The notes beneath the pieces are model-generated. The model searched no databases and was not told the origin of the DNA. It worked only from the letters and a program-made list of their open reading frames with translations. DNA of 64,000 nucleotides, taken from NCBI RefSeq assembly GCF_006345805.1, contig NC_043000.1, positions 88,784,001-88,848,000 of the forward strand, in the 5' to 3' direction. Each line of letters starts with the position of its first letter. Positions within the stretch are counted from its first letter, which is position 1. The position numbers and the translations under genes are program-made. This document shows positions 14,458-26,143 of this stretch, in pieces. This stretch comes from Octopus sinensis (lineage: Eukaryota).

Positions 14458-14822
14458 ATGGATTCACTGAAGCTCCGGCGTCTGGCGATGGACTTAGTAA
14501 ACACCCACAAAGTTATCAACCACCTCACCAACAACACTGAACACCTTTTTGATCTTCATGTGTCTAACACACGTGGACATGCCTACAAAGTCAGAAAACA
14601 ACACAGCTCCCATGACTTTCGGAAACATTTTTTCACGCTCAGAGTTGCTGAAGCATGGAATAAACTGCCTGCGTCCAGTTGTTGACTGACATGACACTAC
14701 ATCCTTTAAGGCCCTCATGCTTTCCGAAATCCGCCGAAACTACACCTGATTATACATACACTTTAGATGAGTTGTAGTGCACCTGAGCACTGTACACACT
14801 GTTTTTTATTATTTATTATTAT
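14458..14822 (+). mobile_element. CR1-type LINE 3' fragment with ATT-rich tail
   Basis: Peptide SLKLRRLAMDLVNTHKVI...SNTRGHAYKV...RKHFFTLRVAEAWNKLP matches the CR1 ORF2 C-terminus (cf. RGHSEKL...FSVRVADPWNKLP in 43749-45215). Confidence 0.85.
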
Positions 14823-15026
14823 TATATACATATATATATGCATATATATATACATATAGGTATATACATATATAGATCTATCTATATCTATACATATATA
14901 TATATATACACATATATACATACATATATACATGAACAATATATAGATATAAGTAAACATATATGTATATATATATGTGTGTGTATATATATGTATCCCT
15001 GATACATATATATACACACATATACA

Positions 15027-17070
15027 CAGGGATACGCAGACAAACACGACACCAAGAAATTCTACGAGGCACTGAAAGCTGTCTATGGACCGCTGTCCTC
15101 CTTTGGATCAACACCCCTGCTCAGCTCGGATGGAACCTCACTCCTGACTAACAAGAGGCTGATCCTGGAGAGATGGGCGGAGCATTTCAACATCGTGCTC
15201 AACTGACCAGCCCAGATCAATGAGGAAGCCATCGCACGACTCCCCCAGGTGCCGACAAACCACGAGCTGGCTGTTCCCCCTGCAGTCGAGGAAGTGAGCA
15301 GAGCCATCAAAAAAATGTCCACCGGCAAAGCTCCAGGCTCTGACGCCATCCCTGCAGAGTGTTCAAGTCGGGTGGCCCCACCATGATCAGTCAGCTCACC
15401 AGCCTGTTCCAGTCGATGTGGGACAAGGAACAACTCCCTCAAGATTTCCGGGATGCAACAATCGTCCATATTTATAAGTGGGAAGGAGATCGGCAGTCCT
15501 GCGACAACCACCGAGGAATCTCCCTCTTGTCCATAGCAGGAAAGATCCTGGCCCGAGTCTTGCTTGACCGCCTTCTGGAAAACTTGGAGCAAGGCCTTCT
15601 CCCTGAGAGCCAATGTGGCTTCCGCGCGGGTCGAGGGACCACTGACATGATATTCGCCGCCCGCCAGCTCCAGGAGAAATGTATGGAGCAGCATCTCGAC
15701 CTCTGCATGACCTTTGTTAACCTCACCAGGGCTTTCGATACTGTCAGTCGGGAGGGACTCTGGAAGGTCATGGGAAAATTTGGTTGCCCTAGCAAATTTA
15801 TTGCAATTGTCCGCCAGTTCCACGACGGAATGACAACCAGAGTCCTTGAAGACGGCAACTCATCTGAAGCCTTCCAGGTGACCAACGGAGTCAGGCAGGG
15901 CTGTGTCCTGGCCCCAACACTGTTCAGCATCATGTTCTCGGCAACGCTGTCCGAAGCCTTCAGGGACTGCAAGTCCGGTATCGACATCAAGTACAGGACG
16001 CACGGGAGATTTTTCAACTCCAGAAGATTGCAGGCCGTCACAAAGGTGAGGGAAACAGTCGTCAGAGACTTTCTCTTTGCTGACGACTGCGCCCTTAACG
16101 TAATCAATGAGCAGGAGATGCAGCTCGGGATGGACAGGTTCTCATCAGCCTGTGACAACTTCGGTCTCACCATCAGTGCCAAGAAAACCGAAGTGATGTT
16201 TCAGCCAGCCCTCGGCAAACAATACCATGAGCCTCAGATAAAGGTGAACGGACGGATCCTACGAGCGGTGGAAAACTTCACCTACCTGGGCAGCACTCTC
16301 TCTTGCAATGCCAACATAGATGCTGAAATCATCAACAGAATCTCCAAGGCAAGCAGCGCGTTTGGGAGACTGCGAAAGAAAGTCTGGGAGCAGAGAGGAA
16401 TAAGCCTCAACACCAAGCTGAAAGTCTACCGGGCAGTCGTGCTTACCACCCTACTATACGGCTGCGAGACGTGGACTGCTTACCGAAGGCACGAGCGCCA
16501 GATAAACCACTTCCACCTCAGGTGTCTTCGAAACCTCCTTCACATCCGCTGGCAGGACAAAGTCCCAGACACGGAAGTTCTGAAGAAGGCAGATCTCCCT
16601 AGCACCATCACGATCATGCGCAAGGCCCAGTTGAGATGGGCAGGCAACGTCTCCCGCATGTCCAACACTTGCATCCCAAAACAGCTCTTCTACGGTGAAC
16701 TCAGCCAGGGCAAACGCAAAGTCGGAGGGCAGAAGAAGCGCTTCAAGGACAGTCTCAAAGTCTCTCTCAAAGACTTCTCCATCGGCACAGAGACTTGGGA
16801 GTCACTTGCTGCCGACCGCTCATCCTGGCGCAGCGCAATCACCACGGGAGCAAAGACAGCCGAGGAGAGACGGATTCAGTCAGCAGAACAGAAACGCCAG
16901 ATGCGGAAAACCAGAGCCACCTGCACCAATAGCACAGCCCCTACCCACATCTGCCCCACTTGTGGGAGGGGCTTTCTTGCCCGGATTGGCCTTACCAGCC
17001 ACCTCCGGTCTCATAGCAGCAATTCTACCAAATGATGTCAATGGGCATCTTCGAACCCGAAGGACGAACA
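15027..17070 (+). mobile_element. RTE-clade LINE, 5'-truncated and young
   Basis: GC-rich block. The reading frame from 15027 (QGYADKHDTKKFYEALKAVYGP...ERWAEHFN) has a stop at 15204-15206 and a -1 frameshift at 15359. The 3' UTR ends ...CTTCG-AACC-CGAAG-GACGAACA (small hairpin), followed by (TATG)n. Confidence 0.97.
15359..17035 (+). pseudogene. RTE reverse transcriptase plus C-terminal C2H2 zinc finger (558-aa open frame, no endonuclease domain)
   Basis: Motifs NHRGISLLSIAGKILAR, ESQCGFRAGRGTTDM, FVNLTRAFDTV, GVRQGCVLAPTLF, LFADD, FTYLGS and CPTCGRGFLARIGLTSHLRSH. Confidence 0.95.
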
Positions 17071-17135
17071 TTATGTATGTATGTATGTATGTATGTATGT
17101 ATGTATGTAGTATGTATGTATGTATGTATATGTAT
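17071..17135 (+). repeat. (TATG)n tail of the RTE element
   Basis: Directly follows the RTE 3' end. Confidence 0.9.
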
Positions 17136-17303
17136 ATAAAGCAAGGAAGAAAATGGAGAAGATAATTAATTGACAAACATTAAATTGAAATAAGATGTGA
17201 TCTTACAACGTCTGGATATTATCTTGGAATTTACTTGTTACTATTATTTACTATTTATTTTATTGTATTTTACTGTTTCTTGTTTAATTCTTGCCATTAT
17301 GGA

Positions 17304-17445
17304 CTCTCTGATGACGTTTGGGTGTTCAATTTTTGTCGAATTTCTGTCGAATTTTTGTTCAGTTTTTGAACATTCTCTTTATAATCTTGCTATAATGTGG
17401 CAACTTTTGCATGGTGGACCCCCAAATTAGGAACAGCTGTGAGAG
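17304..17445 (+). ncRNA. Decayed type I hammerhead ribozyme motif
   Basis: CTCT-CTGATGA(17308-17314)-cgTTTGGG...CCCAAA-tta-GGAAC-AGCT-GTG-AGAG. Stems I and II and the palindromic stem III are recognisable, but GAAA has become GGAA and the cleavage triplet is GUG. Confidence 0.55.
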
Positions 17446-17739
17446 TTGAGGTATATTCACTCATTTATCCTTATTTATTATTTATTTATTCATATGATTG
17501 TAATTATTTCATAAATTGATCAAGCTGATATTTGTAAGCTGATGTTTGTCAATTGTCATCTCCATTTCTTTCCTTGCCTTATCAATTCTGGTTAAAATTT
17601 AGTTTACCTCCATACATACCTATTATTCAATTGAACTATTTCCTTCCAACAGTAAGTATTTGGATATATATAGGTATACATCCAGTAGTATATTAGATAT
17701 TTATTATCCCTTAGATGGTTTTCTAACCTCTAACTCATA

Positions 17740-18095
17740 TATACGTTAATATATACATATATATACATATAAATCTATATATATATATACATCTACACAT
17801 ATACATCTATACATACACATCTATATATATTCATATATGTACATACATATATGTGTAGACATATATATATATATATATACATGTATACATGTACATATAT
17901 CCATATACATCTATATATATATACATCTATACATATACATCTATATATATACATATATATGCATATATATATATATATGTGCAGATGTATATATACATAT
18001 ATACATGTATATATATGCATATATATATACATAACACATATATATAAGTATATGCATTATGTATATATATGTATGCATGTATATATGTATGTAAG
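17740..18095. repeat. Degenerate TA/TAC-rich microsatellite
   Basis: Directly visible. Confidence 0.9.
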
Positions 18096-19610
18096 ATAAT
18101 AGTTTCACTTTCAATAATTTCAGTATTAATAGTGAATCAATTAAAACTGAAAGTATCTCACATTTCAATAGAGATGTTATTGTTTCACTTTCAACGGGTA
18201 ATACTGAAATCGTGTGAGAGATAACAGTTTGATCCGGGCTCGCATTAGGCAAAATGTTATAAATTTTTGTGGGCTATGGCACTACATGTTACCTAAGTAA
18301 GGCATGTGTAAAATTTAAATGAAATGACGTAGCTTTCTGCAAAAATTGGAAGAAATACGATGAATCTAAGATTCGATATTAAGACTCAACTCATTTTCAA
18401 TGGGGTTTCATACCTAGCCTTTCTGTCCCTAGTTGAAGCAACCAGAAAACTGGATGAATATGAAGTATTAAAGCTTCACTGTAATATTCGTGCAACACTA
18501 ATTACTACTATCTCTATAAAATGCGTTTCCAAGAAACATCTTCCCGGTTCTTCGAAGTTTTAGGACTCTTTTATTCTTAAAGAACGATGCTTTTAATATC
18601 TTCAAAGGCCTATTGTAGATTACAAGAAACATTACATTAACGACGAAAACTAGCAGGTTAAGAGAAGGGAGCTAAAATTGATTTTTAAAATATTTTACTT
18701 TAATGCCAAATCACTAGTTGTCAGGCTTTATCTGAAAATATCAAAAAACATATTTTAGGTAAGCAATACAAATAGCTTGTGAACCTTAATATCATATACT
18801 AAACAGCAAAAGCCCGTTCAAATATCACAAAGAGAATCACCTAGGTCAATTGTTAGTTTTACTACCTTAATATTAATTTAATTTTTTTGTTTGTGCCATA
18901 ATTTTCTGTTTGTTAAACTGCTTCATTTTCTAAGTGCTATAAACCTTCTAAGTTCTTCAGAACATGTGTATTATGCCAAATCAGGCCGGATGTCAGCAAT
19001 CTTTTTATAATTTTTACAACTTAAAGGCGATTTATCAGTTGCCAAAACCATAATGGAAGCGAACAGAAGAACAAGTGTCTTAAAAAACAGAAAGAATAAA
19101 TTTATCGGAAATACATGAAATATATTGATACAATACAATAATATGAATGGCTTCCATCCAAATATAAGGTGACATGTACCAAAAAGTTGAAAGAGATTAC
19201 TAAGGAATTTCTGGTGTCGTTAATATGGATAACATCTTTACAAAACACTTTGCTGACACAGTTTTCAAAAATAGAAGATTAAAATCCATAGGTTTCTTTA
19301 GATGCACAGATGAGACACTTGGATCAAAGAACAAGTATAAAGTTTGCCAAGTGAAAATGCATCATTTTATGTGAGAATCAATAGATTCTTTGCTATTTCT
19401 TTCAAGAAAGGAAAAATAATAATCAACTGATGTTTACAGATTTAATGCCGCAACATAGAGAAATAAGTGTCAGACGTCTTTGATGACGGTGCTGAGATGT
19501 CATTTCACAGGTTTAAACAAAATTATCAACATATACTTACATCTACTCTAACTGTATAAACAATTTGATCACGAAAATATAGATATAAACTTTAAAATAT
19601 ATTCAATAAA

Positions 19611-19719
19611 GCGCAGACGCTTTATGAAGCAACTATGTGGTTCAGATTTCAATGCCACTAGATGGTACCTTAGCAAGTATTTTCTATCTGGATGACGGAA
19701 ACTGTATGAAAGCGTGCTG

Positions 19720-19757
<38 letters not shown>

Positions 19758-20261
19758 GCACGTGCCGTCAGTAATTCCTCAGGGTAGGCAGTTAGTGGCA
19801 TTTATGTGGTAAAACACATGAAAAATAAGCGAAACGCAGCTGCATGACTGAGTTGAAGGCAGATTTACTTCTGCCTCATAAAGCACGTAAAGAAAACGCT
19901 GTTGTAGGAATACGCTGCTCATGTACTACAGTAATAGCATGCGTAGCTTAAATACTGAAATTGAAAGGCAGGGGCGAATTATGCCTACCTAATCTACAAA
20001 AAAGAAATATAATATTTTGCATTTTATGCATAGTAATGAGAGTAACCTTCAAAATTTTATTGAATTAAGTGCATATTTTACCATAAAAGGAAAATTTTGC
20101 TATCGATCTATTTTATTCTAGGTAGGTACAGCGTACCTTGCCTACCTAGGCGGCAGGTCTCTGATATATATATATATGCATATACTTAGTAGTTGTGAAG
20201 CAGTGCGGTGACAGGCATAAACACAATGACAAACTTATTTGTATGGCTACTTGTATATATA

Positions 20262-20329
<68 letters not shown>

Positions 20330-20543
20330 ATATGTCTTTGTACTTTTGATTGTCACCCCACAGCTTGACAACCAGTGTGGTTTGTATCCTCTTTCCCTGT
20401 ACCTTAGTGGTTCAGCAAAAGAAACTGATAAAATAACTACCAAGTTTATTACAATATAAGCCTTGGCGTCAGTGTGTTTCACAAACCATGCAAATCAGTG
20501 CTCCAGCATGACCACAGTTCAGTGACTGAAACGAGTTAAAAAG
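19611..20543 (+). mobile_element. Diverged SINE family B split by a nested insertion
   Basis: The 5' half is at 19611-19725 (GCGCAG...GGTACCTTAGCAAGT...GACGGAAACTG). The 3' half is at about 20340-20543 (GCTTGACAACC...GTGCTCCAGCATGACCACAG...TGACTGAAAC). Confidence 0.7.
19755..20163. mobile_element. Candidate hAT-type MITE, 409 bp
   Basis: Imperfect termini CAGGCACGTGCCG and reverse complement CAGAGACCTGCCG, with subterminal GGTAGGCA motifs in inverted orientation. Both flanks are ATATATAT, so the TSD length cannot be determined. Confidence 0.55.
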
Positions 20544-20725
20544 CAACATGGCGAGTGTATTGAAGTTTGAGTATTTTAGCAATATATGAAATGTTGTAGA
20601 AATTATTAACTGATATATTCGGCCATAGATGGATTAAGCCAACGTTGAAGAATAAAATAATGGAAATGAAAATAAACTTATGCAGCATGGAAAATTGTAA
20701 TTTCTAAACATCTTAGTGGAGACCT

Positions 20726-20955
20726 ATTTCTTTACTACCCACAGGGGGCCAAACACAGAGAGGACAAACAAGAACAGACAAACGGATTAAGTCGATTATA
20801 TCGACTCCAGTGCGTAACTGGTACTTAATTTATCGACCCCGAAAGGATGAAAGGCAAAGTCGACCTCGGCGGAATTTGAACTCCGAACGTAACGGCAGAC
20901 GAAGTACCGCTAAGCATTTCGCCCGACGTGCTAACGATTCTGCCAGCTCGCCGCC
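20726..20955 (-). mobile_element. Full-length SINE family A with 13-14-bp TSD
   Basis: TTAGTGGAGACCT at 20713-20725 and 20956-20968. The head GGCGGCGAGCTGGCAGAATCGTTAGC carries the B box GAGTTCAAATTCC. Confidence 0.95.
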
Positions 20956-23127
20956 TTAGTGGAGACCTGAGAATCTGTTTCTTCGCAGTGGTATAAAATG
21001 ATGTTAAAATGTGTTTATAAAAAAGAACTAGCAGACATTCTAGGTAATATTCCACTGTCATAACTCTGACAGTAACAATAATAACAACAGTGACTACTAC
21101 GGTATCTGATACTATCTAATGAGTAATAGCTACAACAACTGCGTTAGGAAAAGTATAATATAGGGTGAAAATGTATATATTATATTCGACCGTTGGAATG
21201 ACGAGGACTACTTAGTCATCCTTAAGGATGATTGGAGACTCGTATTGTAACTTTGACTCAAGTGAAGGAGGGCTGCTTACGGTGAGCTTCACTCTCTCGT
21301 ATGTGGCCATCTTCAGTTCAGTTGCAACACCAGATTAAGATGGATGGGGTTGATGAGCAAAATGGCTTATTTCTTCCTGTCTGTTCTCTACAATGCCTTG
21401 CTGCAGCCGCCGCCCCATTTGTTGAACCATGAAGGTTTCTACCGGATCTAGCCTTGACATGCATAGGAGAGCAAGTCCTAATATACTGATTAATCCAATA
21501 CTGGGATCCTGGAATATGCTATTAGTCCGGGTGAGAGGAAGCCTGGGATAAATAATGGCTAAGTGGTGGTTCCAGACTTATCAAAAACACTGTCACTCTC
21601 GAAACAATCCTATTCCTGGGTGCAATTTAAAGTCCCAGGTCATATATTCATGTGTATGTGTGTGTGTGTGTGTGTGTGTTTGTGTGTGTTAGAGTCCTTC
21701 CCATTCACGTGCACGCAGCTCCCAACGCTGCTATAGTGCCGTTCGAACAGGACGGAGATTTTGGGAGGTGCACCTACAAGCTTGAGAATCATCCAGAGGA
21801 ACGCACGGTTGACTGAATCAAGAGCTGTCTATGTGTGTGTGTGCGCGCGCGTATTTGTGTGTGTGTGTGCGCGCGCGTATTTGTGTGTGTGTGTGTGTGT
21901 GTGATTGTTTTGGTTCTTTCATATACTAAAGAATATTCAAGCCATACTTCATAAATTTATCTCTTCGAAGTTGAAGGTTCACTGTCACCATTTGAAAAAT
22001 GGACATGATCACAGATAACTGTGTCAGAGGGAAAGCGCATTTTATTTTCATTTGTCGCATTAATGTATGTAGTATCTATCTTGTCTTATTTATTTAGTGG
22101 TGTTAACGAGATACGCAGGGTTCGAAAACGCAAATAACTGCTAATGCTTATGCTACTGTGTTGTTGAAGAGTTATTCCTTATTTTTCTAGACACAATAGA
22201 CTACAAATATTTAAAATAGAAAGCACAAGGAAGTAAAATAAATGACAAATATTGCAAGGAAATAAGGAAATACATTTTTATTCAATGGACAATTTTACTC
22301 TCAATAATTAGGAAATAAGCAAAAGATATACCTGAACGTTTTTGCATAGATTTTGGTCAATGGAAGACACAGATAAAGTTACATTATTCATTTCAACATA
22401 TTATGTATCTTTAACTATTTTAAAACTAGTACGAAATAATATTTCAGTCAGTATTCATGCGAGAAATTCTGAAGAAACATTGAAAATTGAATTCTCTCGA
22501 TACTGGAAATGTTTCAATTGCGTTGAAAGATGCAATCATCACATCATTTCACAATTACATTGTTACAGACTCACCTATAAATATTGCAATGGAACGGATA
22601 AGCTACGTGAACATTTTGGAAGTCTGGATGATATTTACGAACCACATGAAACATAAAACTTTCCACTATTATACTCAAAATGGTTGCTGTTGATTTTATT
22701 TATCGAGGAGGTCTGTGGCCAAGATATTCCAGTCGTAACGATCTCGATTTTTATAAGATTAGCTGAGTCAATGTGTTTAAGCAAGCATTATCATGTATAT
22801 CCTTGTTTTATTTTTTTAATTCCTTAATGCGATAAACTAAAAACTATCACAAGATACTGATTTGAATCTCTCAGGAGCTTTGAAGATGAATCAATCTTCT
22901 ACAAATTTCTGCTACTCGGATTATAGTGATTGAAGAAAATAAATAATATGCTGGAACAAGGACATAATCTCATCTTTATATAGGAGTAGGCACAGATGAA
23001 TGTGCAGTTCAACTCAACAATGATTAATGGGTGCTCTATGAAATACTATCTGGAAGACAGTATTAAAAAAAATTTACACATTCAATTTCATTCATTCTTT
23101 TGCAAACATAAAACAATATCCGAGACT

Positions 23128-23532
23128 TACTCTCTTTTACTGTCTTTTACTTGTTTCAGTTATTTGACTGCGGCCATTCTAGAGCACCAACTTTAGTCGA
23201 GCAAATTGACCCCAGGACTTATTCTTTGTAAGCCTAGTACTTATTCTATCGATCTCTTTCGCCGAACCGCTAAGTTACGGGGACGTAAACACACCAGCAT
23301 CGGTTCTCAAGCGATGGGGGGGGGGAGACAAGCACAGATACACAAACATATACACACACATATATATACACATATATACGACGGAATTTTTTCAGTTTCC
23401 GTCTACCAAATCCACTCACAATGCTTTGGTCGACCCGAGCCTATAGTAGAAGACACTTGCCCAAGGTGCCACGCAGTGGGAATGAACCCGAACCATGTGA
23501 TTGGTAAGCAAGCTACTTACCACACAACCACT
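23128..23532 (-). mobile_element. Full-length SINE family B (tRNA head, CORE-like TGGCACCTTGGGCAAGT, central microsatellite)
   Basis: Reverse-complement copy of 24195-24610. Confidence 0.92.
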
Positions 23533-23700
23533 TGTTAACCCTTATTACTAATTTATCCTTCAAACCATACAGTTCGGCACTGATATATATAAAGTGAAAA
23601 AGAGATTCAGAACATAAACTATGCCTTTTTTTAGTATCTGTTTTACATTAACATTTATTGATGTTGTATTTACGTCGAATTTTGTCGGTTAAAACACAAC

Positions 23701-24187
23701 TCACATTCTTCTGGGACCAGAACGGAGTAGTGATGACAGATTTCCTGGCAAAGGGTACCAAAATTACAGGAGCCTATTATGCTTCACTTTTGAGGAAATT
23801 AAGAGAAGCTATCAAAATCAAGAGGCCGGGTGAGATCAGCAAAGGCATCCTCCTCTGCAGGAAAACGCTCCGGTCCACAACTTACGTGTCGCCAGATCAG
23901 AAGCACAGGTGTGCAGCTATGAACTCCTCCGCCATCCCCCCTACTCTACTGACCTTGCACCCTCTGATTTTCACCTCTTCCCAGCCATAAAGTTGTTTTT
24001 GAAAGGAAAGCGTTTCCCAGAGGACCAAGATGGGATCTTCTACAAAAACGGTCTCCAGAGCTGCATCAAACGATGGGAGAAATGCGTAACTCTGGGTGGT
24101 TCTTATGTAGAAAAAGACTAATAACTGTGCCAAGTTTCGTTGCTCTACTGCTATGGGAAGTGGGCATTACTTATTGAACGTCCCTCG
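23701..24187 (+). mobile_element. Mariner 3' fragment (DDD domain remnant plus right TIR)
   Basis: Peptides FWDQNGVVMTDFLAKG, PPYSTDLAPSDFHLFP and WEKCVTLGGSYVEKD*. The TIR ends at 24187, then TA. 39-bp in-frame deletion relative to the other copies. Confidence 0.92.
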
Positions 24188-24194
24188 TATATAT

Positions 24195-24610
24195 AGGCGT
24201 AGGAGTGGCTGTGTGGTAAGTAGCCTGCTTACGAACCACATGGTTCCGGGTCCAGTCCCACTGCGTGACACATTGGGCAAGTGTCTTCTACTATAGCCTC
24301 GGGCCGACCAAAGCCTTGTGAGTGGATTTGGTAGACGGAAACTGAAATAAGCCCGTCGTATATATGTATATATTTATATATATATATATGTATGCATGTG
24401 TCTATATGTTTGTGTGTCTGTGTTTGCCCCCCAACATCACTTGACAACCGATGCTGGTGTGTTTACGTCCCCGTAACTTAGCGGTTCGGCGAAACAGACC
24501 GATAGAATAATTACTAGGCTTACAAAGAATAAGTTCTGGGGTCGATTTGCGCGACTAAAGGCGGTGCTCCAGCATGGCCACAATCAAATGACTGAAACAA
24601 GTAAAAGAGT
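24195..24610 (+). mobile_element. Full-length SINE family B
   Basis: AGGCGTAGGAGTGGCTGTGTGGTAAG (A box), GGGTCCAGTCCC (B-box-like), CATTGGGCAAGTGTC, central (TA)n/(TG)n, and 3' end ...AAATGACTGAAACAAGTAAAAGAGT. Confidence 0.93.
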
Positions 24611-25495
24611 ATATATATATATAAATATGTGTATATAGAATGCGCATCTGGATAGTATACTCTATCGTATGTTACTGAGAAATCCAGCGATACAATAAAA
24701 AAAGACAGAGACATGGAACAAGGAACCACGAGTTAGCAAAGTGAATATCTTAACCACTTGTCTATTACTACATTTTATCGTATATGCATTGATACAATGC
24801 ATAAAGTTCATAAAGAGTGTCATTATTTTAGCAGAAGAAAACCCAATGGCCTTTTTTTCTTTCCAGTCTATTTTTGCTTCAATTAAAGTTTGTTGAATAT
24901 CTCAAACTTCTGCAAATTCGAGAAATGTATAACATATTGAAGTGCGCACAGCATATAACCTATTGATCTTTAAATAAACAGTTAACTCCTCAAATACACA
25001 AAAATAAGAAGAATTACGAATACAAATTGTGCATGCGTGTGTGTGCGCGCGCGTGTGTATGTTTGTGAGTGTGTGTTTGTCTATACATGTGTGTGTGTGT
25101 GTGTGTACATACGCGCACACACACACACAATATACATGTAAAGAAATAGAGTGATCGCTAGCTGTTCACCATATTGCATAAATATACGTTATTATTATTT
25201 TGTTATTTTCATTCTGTTTTTGAGAATAACTGTACGATCACTCGAAGCTTTTGTTTTATCTTAACACTATGATATCGGAGTATAATACAACTTTTAAAAA
25301 TAAAGACACGGGGTTACTGCAAATGTGCCCTCTGTTTTCCTTCTGCGAACTTTTCACTCACATACAGACACGCTCGCGAGCACGGGCGCACACACTCACA
25401 CACACACATTCACATATATTCATGTACAAATACGTATACAAATACATGCATATATTTTTACACAAACATACAATTACAAAGAGAAACAGATAGAC

Positions 25496-25496
<1 letters not shown>

Positions 25497-25589
<93 letters not shown>
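25497..25589. repeat. (GATA)n microsatellite
   Basis: Directly visible. Confidence 0.95.
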
Positions 25590-25820
25590 GCATTCAATAT
25601 TTTTCTGAAATTCCTTTCATCAGTTTTCTGTTTCTGAGGGATCAATAGGTTACGTTTTGAGCGCAAAGGAATAATTCATAAATTTCTTGAACTTATTGAT
25701 ACTTAAGATACTCAAAGGTATTCCAGATTTCTCATACATAATTGAAGCAGGAAAATAAACTGAGAAGCCAGATACCGTTGAAAATGTATATATATACATA
25801 TATATATATGGCGAGCTGGC

Positions 25821-25853
<33 letters not shown>

Positions 25854-26101
25854 GTATATATATATACATATATACACACATATAAATCCATATTATATAC
25901 ATGCATATATATGTGTGCGAGTTTGTGTGTATGTGTATGCGTATTTGTGTTTATGTGATAGATCCTTCTTAAAATACTCGGTTGTATTTCTGTCCATTAG
26001 TGCTATAATATTATGAAATGCTTAGTGTTTAAAATAGGGCACTAGAAACTAGAATGAATGCTTAGGATTTAAAATGAATATACATCTATATTTATGCATG
26101 C

Positions 26102-26143
<42 letters not shown>

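Noticed and set aside
15083-16182. Long antisense ORFs (246 and 236 aa) over the RTE, and ORFs opposite the CR1 and Helitron
   Set aside because: Shadow frames of GC-rich TE coding sequence.
19150-19500. MDNIFT peptide (19225-19242) reminiscent of piggyBac MDNFFT
   Set aside because: A single weak motif with no TTAA or TIR found. It needs a profile search.
21180-21830. GC-elevated block that may be a retroelement UTR (similarly 27915-28700 and 55400-56600)
   Set aside because: No motif, terminus or TSD that I can identify.
22342-22693. 104-aa ORF, and an overlapping frame with IAMER (GPCR-like)
   Set aside because: TTG start, no transmembrane pattern or other family motif, and the similarity is too short.
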